From the IMG/VR virus record IMGVR_UViG_3300037418_002777: a DNA stretch of 32,331 bases, one strand, 5' to 3'. This document shows positions 23,446 to 31,756 of this stretch, in pieces. The stretch's first letter is position 1. The number at the start of each line of letters is the position of its first letter. The notes beneath the pieces are model-generated. The model worked only from the letters and a program-made list of their open reading frames with translations, did not search any database and had not been told where the DNA came from. The DNA comes from an uncultured virus (IMG/VR IMGVR_UViG_3300037418_002777) (taxonomy: Duplodnaviria > Heunggongvirae > Uroviricota > Caudoviricetes). The position numbers and the translations under genes were made by a program.

Positions 23446-24160
23446 CCTGAGCTACCTGCACTGCATCGGCCGCCTGATCGTGGCCGAGAAGCCCGACATC
23501 ATCGTCCACCTGGGCGATTTTGCCGACATGGAGTCGCTGTCCTTGTACGACAAGGGCAAGGGTTGCTACGAGGGGCGGCGCTACAAGGCCGACATCGAGG
23601 CGGCGCACCGAGGCATGCAGGCCCTGCTTGGGCCACTGCGCGACTACAACTGCCGGCGCCTAGCCACCAAGCATGCGCTGTACCGGCCCGCGATGCACAT
23701 CCTGTACGGCAACCACGAGCACCGCATCTGCCGCACGATCGACGAGGAGCCGATGCTCGACGGCACCATCGGCCTGGAGGACCTCGCCTACGCCAGCTAC
23801 GGCTGGCAGGTGCACCCGTTCCTCGAGGTCGTCGTAATCGAAGGGATCGCGTTCTCCCATTACTTCACCACTGGTGCGATGGGGCGGCCGGCGGCGTCCG
23901 CCCAGGCCCAGCTGAACAAGAAGCTGATGAGCTGCATCGCCGGCCACCAGCAGGGGCGCCAGATGGCGCGCGCCTACCGCGCCGACGGAAAAGCCCTGAC
24001 CTCGATCATCGCCGGGTCCTGCTACGACCACGAGGAGCGCTACCTCGGGCCGCAGGGCAACAAGCACTGGCACGGCGTCGTCATGCTGCACAACGTCGAC
24101 GACGGCCAGTTCGACGAGCACTTCATCCCGTTGCACGACCTGAAGAAGCGCTTCGGCTGA
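23396..24160 (+). CDS. Calcineurin-like metallophosphoesterase (254 aa)
   Basis: AGGAG upstream; motifs IPDSQ, HLGDFAD, GNHEHR, FSHY and AGHQQ. Confidence 0.88.
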   Translation: MTTILVIPDSQVKPNVDLSYLHCIGRLIVAEKPDIIVHLGDFADMESLSLYDKGKGCYEGRRYKADIEAAHRGMQALLGPLRDYNCRRLATKHALYRPAMHILYGNHEHRICRTIDEEPMLDGTIGLEDLAYASYGWQVHPFLEVVVIEGIAFSHYFTTGAMGRPAASAQAQLNKKLMSCIAGHQQGRQMARAYRADGKALTSIIAGSCYDHEERYLGPQGNKHWHGVVMLHNVDDGQFDEHFIPLHDLKKRFG

Positions 24161-24163
24161 CGC

Positions 24164-25345
24164 CTACTGGCGCGCGGACGTGCGCAGCGGCGGTGCGCCG
24201 GTGACGCACAGGGCCAGCTGGGCCTGGGCTCCGGCGACGCACAGGCGCGTCTTCGTGTCGCTGACGGTGTCCGGATGGTCCAGACGCTCCTGGAAGCAGT
24301 GCATCGCCTTGAGCACGAAGCGGCTGTTGCACATGTCCCGCATGGGGTTGGGGACGTTGGGCGGCAACCCGTCAGCATTCGCGCACATGCCCGGAAACAT
24401 CTGGCACCAGTCGGTGGCCGGGCGCGGCAGCGGCTGGGTGTCCGGGCTGGGCACCGGTTTCGGAGCCGGCACGGTCACCGTGCAGCCCGCGGCCACGGCG
24501 GGCAGGCCGGGCAGCGGCGGCAGCGCCACGCAGGTTTCGCTCGGTGCCCGGTAGCGCCGCCAGCCGCCACTGCCGTCCGGCTGGTCCGGCATGCCTCCTT
24601 CGCCAGCGGCACCCGGGTCGGGGCTGCCGTCCGGTGCGGACGGGTCGGGCGGATTCGGGTCGAAGGTCGGGTATTCGGGGTCGGGGCGCTGCCCCGGCAC
24701 ATCGACCGAGCCAGCGTCCTGCAGCCGCTTGCCGCCCGCAAGGGCGGCGTGGCGGGGCTCAGGCTCGGCGTCGGTCTTCGCCCCGGGCGCCTTGGCGCGC
24801 GCGCTGCTGGCAGGGGCGCGGCCACTGCGCAGTGCGCTCGCAGCCGTCTCGCAGCCGACGTCCGCGGCACAGCCGGCGTCGAACTGGGCGATCGCGCCCG
24901 CAAGCCTCGCCTCGAACACGGCGATGGCGGCGCTCTGGCGGTCCAGCACTGATTTCGCCAGCTTGACCTTGTCTGCGTCCGACATCGCGCTGACATCCTG
25001 GCCGGCGTACATCTCGGTCTGCGCGTAGAGCGTCAACGGGGTCCTGCCGTCCGCGCCGATTTCGGAGTTGACCTGAATGCCTTTCATGCTCCACGCCGGC
25101 ACGAGCCGCTTGCAGGCCTTCGTGCCCTGGGCATCATAGGTGCAGAGGGCGTACCAGTCCTCTCCTCCCGGATACGCCGACGTGCCGACCGGCAGGTAGG
25201 TGATGCCGTTGGCGCTGAACCACGGCTGGCCGGCGCCGATCGCCAGCGCATGCGCGCGGGGCGCGGCGGACGAGGGCGCGGCAGAAGCGCGACCGCCGCA
25301 CGCGACCAGGGCGAGCGCGGCGGCAACATAGGTAAGTTTTCTCAT
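24164..25345 (-). CDS. Putative exported protein/lipoprotein with Pro-rich linker and Cys-rich C-terminus (393 aa)
   Basis: AAGGA SD; MRK plus hydrophobic stretch plus LVAC lipobox; AT-rich leader downstream of a terminator. Confidence 0.7.
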   Translation of the reverse strand: MRKLTYVAAALALVACGGRASAAPSSAAPRAHALAIGAGQPWFSANGITYLPVGTSAYPGGEDWYALCTYDAQGTKACKRLVPAWSMKGIQVNSEIGADGRTPLTLYAQTEMYAGQDVSAMSDADKVKLAKSVLDRQSAAIAVFEARLAGAIAQFDAGCAADVGCETAASALRSGRAPASSARAKAPGAKTDAEPEPRHAALAGGKRLQDAGSVDVPGQRPDPEYPTFDPNPPDPSAPDGSPDPGAAGEGGMPDQPDGSGGWRRYRAPSETCVALPPLPGLPAVAAGCTVTVPAPKPVPSPDTQPLPRPATDWCQMFPGMCANADGLPPNVPNPMRDMCNSRFVLKAMHCFQERLDHPDTVSDTKTRLCVAGAQAQLALCVTGAPPLRTSARQ

Positions 25346-25438
25346 ATGTAATCCTTTTAAGGTAAGTTTGGGTGAGCACCCGCCCTCACGATAGGACGAC
25401 CGATGAGACTGCTCTTGATCTAGCGCTGAGGATTGCGC

Positions 25439-25468
25439 AAAAAGTAAGGCCCGCCTGACGCGGGCCTT
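25439..25468 (-). terminator. Rho-independent terminator ending the minus-strand DNA-metabolism operon
   Basis: AAGGCCCGC / GCGGGCCTT 9-bp stem (25446-25468), then ACTTTTT on the minus strand. Confidence 0.85.
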
Positions 25469-25471
25469 GGG

Positions 25472-25621
25472 CTACAGGGCGGCAGCAAGCGCCTTGAACA
25501 GCATCAGGCTGAGCACAGGCACGGCGTACCAGCACGCGGCAGCGACCTTGCGGAACCTGAATAACAGCGGGACCGTGGGCCAAATGATCAGCCCCGCTAC
25601 CACTGCCAGTGCCAGCCTCAC
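25472..25621 (-). CDS. Small two-TM membrane protein (49 aa)
   Basis: GTGA overlap with the upstream stop. MRLALAVVAGLIIWPTVPLLFRFRKVAAACWYAVPVLSLMLFKALAAAL; stop lies 3 nt before the terminator stem. Confidence 0.6.
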   Translation of the reverse strand: MRLALAVVAGLIIWPTVPLLFRFRKVAAACWYAVPVLSLMLFKALAAAL

Positions 25622-25854
25622 AGTTTCAGCTTCCCGCGCGCCTGCAGCCAGTCGTTGCAGCGCTCGACGTGGACGTAGGCGACGCCGCCGGACGGCGACG
25701 CGTACATCAGGCCGCGCGGCCAGGTGCCGTCGTGCACGCGCTTCTGGACCGTGTTCTTGCGCTGGCCGTACTTCTCGCAGTAGGCGTCGATCTCCATCCA
25801 GCCGTCGATGATAGGTGCCTCGGGGCGCGCCAGGTTGTCGGTCATCGTGCTCAT
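25618..25854 (-). CDS. Excisionase-like winged-helix DNA-binding protein (78 aa)
   Basis: AGGAGG SD, ATGA overlap. WMEIDAYCEKYGQRKNTVQKRVHDGTWPRG...YVHVERCNDWL fits the Xis-like pattern. Confidence 0.7.
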   Translation of the reverse strand: MSTMTDNLARPEAPIIDGWMEIDAYCEKYGQRKNTVQKRVHDGTWPRGLMYASPSGGVAYVHVERCNDWLQARGKLKL

Positions 25855-26105
25855 GCTGCCTCCTGCGTTTGCAGGGTTACGGCGACCGTCACGACCGGAT
25901 GGTTCTCGGCCTGCGTGTACACGCCGAGCGCGACGCACTGGCCGGCGTTCAGCGCTGCCAGCTCGGCCGCGTCGGGCTTCCAAAACGAGAACAAGGCGGT
26001 GCCCAGGTCAGTCGCCAGCGGGGCGACCGGCAGCGGGGCGACGCCCTCGACGCCGGGCGGTGCGGCCAGGGTGCCGGTGCAGGCCGGGTGGTTGATGATT
26101 TCCAT
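25851..26105 (-). CDS. Hypothetical protein (84 aa)
   Basis: AAGGA SD; coupled to the next gene; SFWKPDAAELAALNAG. Confidence 0.7.
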   Translation of the reverse strand: MEIINHPACTGTLAAPPGVEGVAPLPVAPLATDLGTALFSFWKPDAAELAALNAGQCVALGVYTQAENHPVVTVAVTLQTQEAA

Positions 26106-26116
26106 GGTGGGTTCCT

Positions 26117-28318
26117 TTAGAAAGTGATGATGTTATCAGCGAACGAGTCCGCGAGCGGGCTGTGCGTGACCAGGATCACCTGGCCGAAGCCGCAGGTGGC
26201 AAGCAGGCCCAACATTGCCGTTTCGCGTTCATCATTGCATGCCGCGGCCGGCTCGTCCAGCAGCAGGAAGTCGATGTTGGGCAGGAAGGTGCGGGTCAGC
26301 GCCAGCCGGTTAGCCAGCCCGAGCGCGTCCTCGGCCGAGCCGGACAGGCCGGTGATCGGTTGCCCACAAATGCGGAAGCGGCCGTCGACGCGGGTGATGT
26401 TGGAGACCTCGCCGCGGATCTGGCCCAGGTAGGACGACACCCCGCCCAGCACCAGCGCCCACAGCTTGTCGGTGATCGCCGGGCGCGCCGCGCGCAGCTT
26501 CTTGACCAAGAGGTTGTTGGCCTCGATCTCGGCCAGCTGCGCCTCGGCAGCGGCCAGCTGCTGGCGCGCCTTCTCGGCGCTGGCCAGCAGCTGCTCGCGC
26601 CTGGCCCTCGCCAGCTCGAATGCCTGCTTGGCCGTCGCATGGGCGCGCTCGGCCTGCTGCATCGCCTCCTGCAGCCGCAGGACGCGTGCCTTCTGCTCGG
26701 TCTCGCGTTCGAGCGTGGCGCGCGCGCTGGCGACGTCCAGCCCTGACAGCTTGGCGGTGTCGGCCGCCTGCAGGTTCTGCAGGTCGACCAGCTGCACCTG
26801 CTGCTGCTCGCGGCGCGCCTTCGCCGCCAGCGACTTGTCGCGGTCCGCTTCCAGTTCGCGCAGCTTCGGCGCCAAGTCCACACCGCCCTCGGTCGGGCCG
26901 GTCCAGGACCAGGTCGCCGGCACGCCCTTGCGGTCGAGCGCGATGTAGTCGGCCGCGCGCGCGAACAGCAGCTCGGCGCGGTCGTGCGCCACCAGCACCG
27001 CGCGCAGGTCCTTCAGGTATGCGGCGCGCTCGGCCTTCCGGTTGGCCAGCACCGTCAAGCTGGTGTGCAACACGTCGAGCGCGTCGGCCACCTCGGCCTG
27101 CACCCCATCGAAGTCGACCTTCAGCTTCGCCAACTGGGCGTTGAGTGGGTTGTTGACCCGGGCGACCTCGGGGATGTCCTTCAGGTCCTTGCCGCAGAAC
27201 GCGCAGCTCTCTTCCCTGACCAGCTTGCCTTCCAGCTGCGCCTTGTGCACCTCGTAGGCCGACGCCGCCTTCTGCAGCTTGGCCTTCAGGTCGGCGATAC
27301 GCTCTTTGGTCGACGCGACCTGCGTGTCGGCGTCGGCCACCTCGCCCTCGGTCTTCGCGATCTCGGCGTGCAGCGAGGCCAAGGGTTCGTCCCACAGCTC
27401 GACGATGTTGGCGGCCTTCAGCTCGGCCAACAGCTTGAGCGCGGCGCCGCGCTGCTTCTGCTGCTCGACCTGCTGGCGGCAGGCGGCGATCTCGGCGTCG
27501 GCCGGCGCGACCGGCAGTTTGGCGTCCAGCGCCGTTTGCAGGGTGGCGATCTGGCTGCTGCGCGCGGCGATCGCCGTCTTCAGCGCGTGCTCGTCCTGCA
27601 AGGTGGTGCGTGCGGCGGCGACCGGCAGCGCGTCGAGCACGTCCTTGGCGGCGCTGTAGTTATTGACTGCTGCCTCGTACGCGTTGGTGGTGTCAATCAC
27701 GTCCTCCTGCAGCGGCGCCAGGTCCGGCAGCTCGCCCGGCTCGGCTTCGCCCTTCAGGTACTCGATCGAGCCCTTCACGCCAGCCGTGTCGCCGTACGGC
27801 AGCTGCTCGGCCACCAGCCCGATCAGCTCGTCGATCAGGTCGAGGTCGGCCAAGTTTTCGATCATCTTGCCGGCCTCGGTCGGGCCGCCAGCGAGCGCGC
27901 CGCCCAGGTCCTTCTGGCGCGCCAGCATCAGCTTGGCGGCCATGTCCTTGGTGGTGCCGAACAGCTTCTCGACCTGCTCGGTCACCGCATCCTGCCCGGT
28001 GACCAGCGGCTTGTCGCTGCCGTTGGCGTACAGCTCGGCGCCCTTGGGCGAGCGCACGATGCGGTACTTGACTCCGGCCAGGCTGAACGCGTGCTCGACG
28101 CGCAGCTTGTTGACAGGTACGCCGTAGGTGACGACGTCGTCGATGGTTTCGCCCTTCTTGAGGCCCGCCTTGGCACCGAAGTAGGCATAGGCCAGCGCCT
28201 CGAGCAGGGTCGACTTGCCGCGCTCGACGGCGGCGCGGATCGCGTTGATGCCGGGCGCGAAGTGGACCGTCGTGTCGGTGTGTTTCCTGAAATTTTCACA
28301 GCGGACGTACTCAAGCAC
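26117..28318 (-). CDS. SbcC/Rad50/gp46-like SMC ATPase (733 aa)
   Basis: ENFRKH, GKST, coiled coils with a central CAFC zinc hook, LSGS signature, LLLDEP Walker B, LVTH. Confidence 0.92.
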   Translation of the reverse strand: MLEYVRCENFRKHTDTTVHFAPGINAIRAAVERGKSTLLEALAYAYFGAKAGLKKGETIDDVVTYGVPVNKLRVEHAFSLAGVKYRIVRSPKGAELYANGSDKPLVTGQDAVTEQVEKLFGTTKDMAAKLMLARQKDLGGALAGGPTEAGKMIENLADLDLIDELIGLVAEQLPYGDTAGVKGSIEYLKGEAEPGELPDLAPLQEDVIDTTNAYEAAVNNYSAAKDVLDALPVAAARTTLQDEHALKTAIAARSSQIATLQTALDAKLPVAPADAEIAACRQQVEQQKQRGAALKLLAELKAANIVELWDEPLASLHAEIAKTEGEVADADTQVASTKERIADLKAKLQKAASAYEVHKAQLEGKLVREESCAFCGKDLKDIPEVARVNNPLNAQLAKLKVDFDGVQAEVADALDVLHTSLTVLANRKAERAAYLKDLRAVLVAHDRAELLFARAADYIALDRKGVPATWSWTGPTEGGVDLAPKLRELEADRDKSLAAKARREQQQVQLVDLQNLQAADTAKLSGLDVASARATLERETEQKARVLRLQEAMQQAERAHATAKQAFELARARREQLLASAEKARQQLAAAEAQLAEIEANNLLVKKLRAARPAITDKLWALVLGGVSSYLGQIRGEVSNITRVDGRFRICGQPITGLSGSAEDALGLANRLALTRTFLPNIDFLLLDEPAAACNDERETAMLGLLATCGFGQVILVTHSPLADSFADNIITF

Positions 28319-28622
28319 TTTGGCTCTCCTTCAGTTTGTCGATTTCGTCCAGCAGGGCGAGGATTACTTCGGGCGGCGTGGCCATAATCAGGGCGGCGTC
28401 CGAGCCTCGAAAGTCGCCGCGGCTGACATGGGCGAATCCTGCACCCGCTACGATCTCCCATCCGAGACACCAATCATCGTTGGCCGCAGCCACATCGACA
28501 GGGTCTGTACCCTGAGCGATTGCTTCTCTCCAGTTGATGTTTCTCGGCAGCAGGGCGCGTGGGCCGGGCGTCGCGTTTTCGCACAGTTTGCGCAGCCGCG
28601 CCTTCACATCGTCAGGCAGCAT
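28311..28622 (-). CDS. Ead/Ea22-like protein (103 aa)
   Basis: LRKLCENATPGP...DAALIMATPPEVILALLDEIDKL resembles the Ead/Ea22-like pattern; AAGGAG SD. Confidence 0.65.
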   Translation of the reverse strand: MLPDDVKARLRKLCENATPGPRALLPRNINWREAIAQGTDPVDVAAANDDWCLGWEIVAGAGFAHVSRGDFRGSDAALIMATPPEVILALLDEIDKLKESQSA

Positions 28623-28647
28623 TTTGCATCTCCTTCAGTTTGTCGAT
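28325..28647. repeat. 19-bp perfect direct repeat bracketing the Ead/Ea22-like gene
   Basis: TCTCCTTCAGTTTGTCGAT at 28325-28343 and 28629-28647. Confidence 0.9.
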
Positions 28648-29655
28648 CTTCTCGTTTTCCTCGGGCGTCAGGTACTCGCGCAGCGCCTCGCGCACGTTGA
28701 AGTTGGTGACCTGCTCGTGCGACAGCACCAGCTGCTCGCTGTCGGACACGCCCTCGATCTTCACCGCGTTGGTGATCACCAGCGCCTTGGCCGTGCTGCG
28801 AAAGCGCGCGATCGCGTTGACCACCTGCGACGCCTCGGCGGCCGAGGCCTGGCCGGTCACGCGGATGAAGCGGCCGGTGTCGACCAGCTCGCGCCAGTCC
28901 TGCTCGGAGAAGTCACCTTCGGCCTGCCAGGTCTGGATCCGCTGCTGCAGGTGGCGGCCGGCGCCGTTGTCGTCCAGGTGCAGCATGCACTTGAAGTCGT
29001 TGTTTAGACAGTCGCTGACGGACGACGGGAACTGATTGCCGATGACGACCACCTTGCCTTCCAGTTCGGTGCGCGCCTGGTGCTCGTGGGCGAACACGAT
29101 GTGCCGCACCGGCAGCTTTTCGGCCTGCTCGCGCGACAGGTTCAGCGAGTGGTCCGATTCGGCGGCGAAGCCGTTGTCGTAGTTGCAGTGCACGAACAGG
29201 TAGTCGCACTCGGGCACCTTGGACAGCTCGACGTTGAATAAGTCCTGGTTGGCCACGTGCGGGATCACGTAGCCGTGCGGCGTCATCGTGCCTTCGGTGA
29301 TGTGGGTCACCCGCGCTTCCCAGCTGCTTTTCAGCAGCGCCGCCAAGAACTCGAAACTGGAGAAGTTGGTCGAGTTCTTGCTCAAATCGTGGTTACCGTT
29401 GACCAGGTACAGGCGGGCGGTAACGTGGCGCTCAAGCCAGTCCCACAACGCTTGATAGGTGCGCAGCAGGTCGGCCTTGCTGATGTCCGGGCCGTCGAAC
29501 AAGTCGCCCAGGATCATCAGGTCGGTGTCGATGCCGTACAGCGTCTCCTCGAACTGCGACAGCAGGTCCAGGCGCAGCTGGTAGGCGGTGGCCAAGGTCG
29601 TGCCGCCGGTGCGGACGGCGCCGATGTGCCAGTCGTTAAGGATCGTTAAGCTCAT
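28612..29655 (-). CDS. SbcD/Mre11/gp47-like nuclease (about 347 aa)
   Basis: NDWHIG, LGDLFD, GNHD, FVHC and FAHEH phosphoesterase motifs; next to the SbcC-like gene. Start is 29655 or 29658. Confidence 0.9.
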   Translation of the reverse strand: MSLTILNDWHIGAVRTGGTTLATAYQLRLDLLSQFEETLYGIDTDLMILGDLFDGPDISKADLLRTYQALWDWLERHVTARLYLVNGNHDLSKNSTNFSSFEFLAALLKSSWEARVTHITEGTMTPHGYVIPHVANQDLFNVELSKVPECDYLFVHCNYDNGFAAESDHSLNLSREQAEKLPVRHIVFAHEHQARTELEGKVVVIGNQFPSSVSDCLNNDFKCMLHLDDNGAGRHLQQRIQTWQAEGDFSEQDWRELVDTGRFIRVTGQASAAEASQVVNAIARFRSTAKALVITNAVKIEGVSDSEQLVLSHEQVTNFNVREALREYLTPEENEKIDKLKEMQNAA

Positions 29656-30107
29656 CATTTCTCTCCGAAAAGTTGTTCCATCACGTCGCCGACCTTGGGG
29701 TAGGCCTTGAACATGGCGACGTCCCAGGACGGGGCCGGCGTGACGAAGATGTCGAGCGGGACCAGGCGCCACTCCTGGTGCCGGCCCTCGCCCTTGTGGC
29801 AGACCACTACCCAACACTCATCGCCGGCCAGACGCCACTTGTTCATGCGGGCGACCTTGTCTTCCGAGAAGTTCGCCTGCGGCACCCGGCGGGTCGCGAC
29901 GGTGGTGATCTTCACCTCCTTGACCTCGACCTTGAAGTGGGTGCCGCGGCAGGTTGCCTCGAAGTCCGACGGTGCAGTTTGCAGCGAGCCGGCGCGGGCG
30001 TCGGGCCAGCGCGCATACGCGAAGCGCCCGTCGTCATCGTTGCGTTTCTTCATCCAGGCCTTCACCTGCGACTCGCTCCATTTCCCACGTTGCCCGACGG
30101 CGCTCAT
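29655..30107 (-). CDS. PD-(D/E)XK nuclease, probable Holliday junction resolvase (150 aa)
   Basis: GGAGG SD, ATGA overlap; RGKWSE...PSDF...KVEVK. Confidence 0.75.
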   Translation of the reverse strand: MSAVGQRGKWSESQVKAWMKKRNDDDGRFAYARWPDARAGSLQTAPSDFEATCRGTHFKVEVKEVKITTVATRRVPQANFSEDKVARMNKWRLAGDECWVVVCHKGEGRHQEWRLVPLDIFVTPAPSWDVAMFKAYPKVGDVMEQLFGEK

Positions 30108-30316
30108 GGCTGCCTCCCCTCGTGCACGACGCGGGCCGGCGGCGGTTCGGGCGGCCCAGGCGGCCTCGCGTGCCTGACCTGGATCAGACAGCTGCCCGCT
30201 CGCAGGTCGCTGCGAAAAATGCACTCGCACGCGCCGAACAGGCCGCGCGAGTCCGGATGGGCGCACTTCCCGCGCCGTGAAAAGTGGACGCAATTAACGT
30301 TGATCGCTTTTTGCAT
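30104..30316 (-). CDS. Small Cys-rich hypothetical protein (70 aa)
   Basis: CVNCVHF-like Cys pattern (NCVHF, KCAHP, ACEC, SC); fills the gap and overlaps the next start. Confidence 0.55.
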   Translation of the reverse strand: MQKAINVNCVHFSRRGKCAHPDSRGLFGACECIFRSDLRAGSCLIQVRHARPPGPPEPPPARVVHEGRQP

Positions 30317-30317
30317 G

Positions 30318-30479
30318 TCAGCCCCCCAGTTTCACGAGGGCCTCGTGGATGCGGTCCTCGATCGACTCGAGGGCGCGCATCAGCAACGGCTTGGTTTCGG
30401 CCTGGATCAGAGCGTTCAGCTCGGACTTGGCCTTCGTGAGCTCGGCGATCGCCTGCTCGATCTGTTGGGCGGCGTTCAT
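30318..30479 (-). CDS. Small coiled-coil hypothetical protein (53 aa)
   Basis: ATGA overlap with the thyA stop; MNAAQQIEQAIAELTKAKSELNALI; high GC3. Confidence 0.6.
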   Translation of the reverse strand: MNAAQQIEQAIAELTKAKSELNALIQAETKPLLMRALESIEDRIHEALVKLGG

Positions 30480-31387
30480 ACGGCCATCGGCGCTTTGATC
30501 GCCGCGTGGGATTGGTAGCCGTCGAGGAAGATGTCTTCCGGGTGCAGTCGGGCCAGCAGCTCGTCGAGGGGCAGCGTCGCCACGCCGGCCGGCAGGTGCA
30601 TCTTCAGCAGCGGGAGCGGCAGCGGCTCCCGTCCAAGCTGCTCTTTCACCTGGTCGAGATGGTTGACGTAGATGTGGGCGTCGGCCAGGAACATCGTCAA
30701 GGTGCCGGCCATGTAGCCGGACCAAGCGGCGAACAGCTCGAGCAGCAGCGCGTAGCTGGCGATGTTGAACGGCACGCCGAGGAACATATCGCAGCTGCGC
30801 TGGTACATCGTCATGTGCAGCACCTTCGACTCGACGTGCGGCAGCAGCTGGAACAGCACGTGGCAGGGCGGCAGCGCAGCCTGGTCAAGCTCGGCCGGGT
30901 TCCAGGCGTTGACGAGGATGCGGCGGCTTTGCGGGTTGTGGCGCAGCGTGTCGAGGGCGATCGCGATCTGGTCGACCGGCTTATCGTTGACCGTGTACAG
31001 GGTTTCGTCCGACCAGGGACCATCGAACTCTTCGATTTCCGGTGCTGACCAGCGGCGCCACTGCGCGCCGTAGATCCGACCCAGGTCGTCCTCGCCCCTG
31101 CGATGAGGATTGTCCAGCCACGCCGCATTCTCGTTGGCATTCTGGTCCCAGATGGTGCAGCCCAGCGCGCGGAAGTCGGCCGCGCTGGTCAGGCCGTACA
31201 GGAAGCCGATCAGCTCCCGCTTGACCTGGCCGAACGCCAGCTTCTTGGTGGTCACGGCCGGGAAGCCGTCGCGCAGGTCGAACTTGAGCATCGCGCCAGG
31301 CAGGGTCAGGGTGTCGATGCCGGTGCGGTTGCCCTGACGGACGCCGTTTTGCAGGATGTCCTGCAGCAGTTCTTGGTATTGTTTCAT
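30476..31387 (-). CDS. thyA: Thymidylate synthase (303 aa)
   Basis: RTGIDT, FPAVTTKK, LGRIYGAQWR, ALPPCH, YQRSCDMFLGVPFNIASY and DAHIYVNH. Confidence 0.97.
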   Translation of the reverse strand: MKQYQELLQDILQNGVRQGNRTGIDTLTLPGAMLKFDLRDGFPAVTTKKLAFGQVKRELIGFLYGLTSAADFRALGCTIWDQNANENAAWLDNPHRRGEDDLGRIYGAQWRRWSAPEIEEFDGPWSDETLYTVNDKPVDQIAIALDTLRHNPQSRRILVNAWNPAELDQAALPPCHVLFQLLPHVESKVLHMTMYQRSCDMFLGVPFNIASYALLLELFAAWSGYMAGTLTMFLADAHIYVNHLDQVKEQLGREPLPLPLLKMHLPAGVATLPLDELLARLHPEDIFLDGYQSHAAIKAPMAV

Positions 31388-31441
31388 CTCTTGGACTTTA
31401 TGGTGGTGGCGCCGCGCGTTGCGGGGCGCGGCTTCCCGGTG

Positions 31442-31756
31442 TTACTGGTCGGCGTTGTAGATGTGGGTCGGGCGACCCTTTTCGTCATTCCAGGTCGGCA
31501 CGTCGCCCAGCACACAGGTCGACGTTTTGACGACGTAGTGGATCTGGCAGCCAGCGATCATCATGTTGCCGACCTCGGCGTACCAGTTGGTCGACTTGCC
31601 GTTCGGTCGCACGCCGAGGGCGTCCTCCGCGGTGCGCACCGCCTTCACCGTGCCGAACACGGCGCGGTAGTTCTGGCCGTCCGGCGCGTAGAACCAGTTG
31701 TCGCAGGTGACCAGCACCTTGTCGCCGATGCTGATGTTGTTGGGTGCCTCGATCAT
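31442..31756 (-). CDS. Hypothetical phage protein (104 aa)
   Basis: AAGGAGG SD, ATGA overlap with the ligase stop; DNWFYAPDGQNYRAVFG. Confidence 0.75.
   Translation of the reverse strand: MIEAPNNISIGDKVLVTCDNWFYAPDGQNYRAVFGTVKAVRTAEDALGVRPNGKSTNWYAEVGNMMIAGCQIHYVVKTSTCVLGDVPTWNDEKGRPTHIYNADQ

Noticed and set aside
25346..25438. A defined promoter for the lipoprotein gene
   Set aside because: The region is AT-rich, but I found no -35/-10 pair at proper spacing and no GG-N10-GC box.
30476..31387. ThyA as a possible base-modifying hydroxymethylase
   Set aside because: Motifs are canonical, including the dUMP-specifying Asn in PFNIASY, and no modification genes are adjacent in this window.
31411..31432. 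GCCGCGC/GCGCGGC stem upstream of thyA as a terminator
   Set aside because: No U-tract on the coding strand, and a 7-bp GC stem is unremarkable at this GC content.
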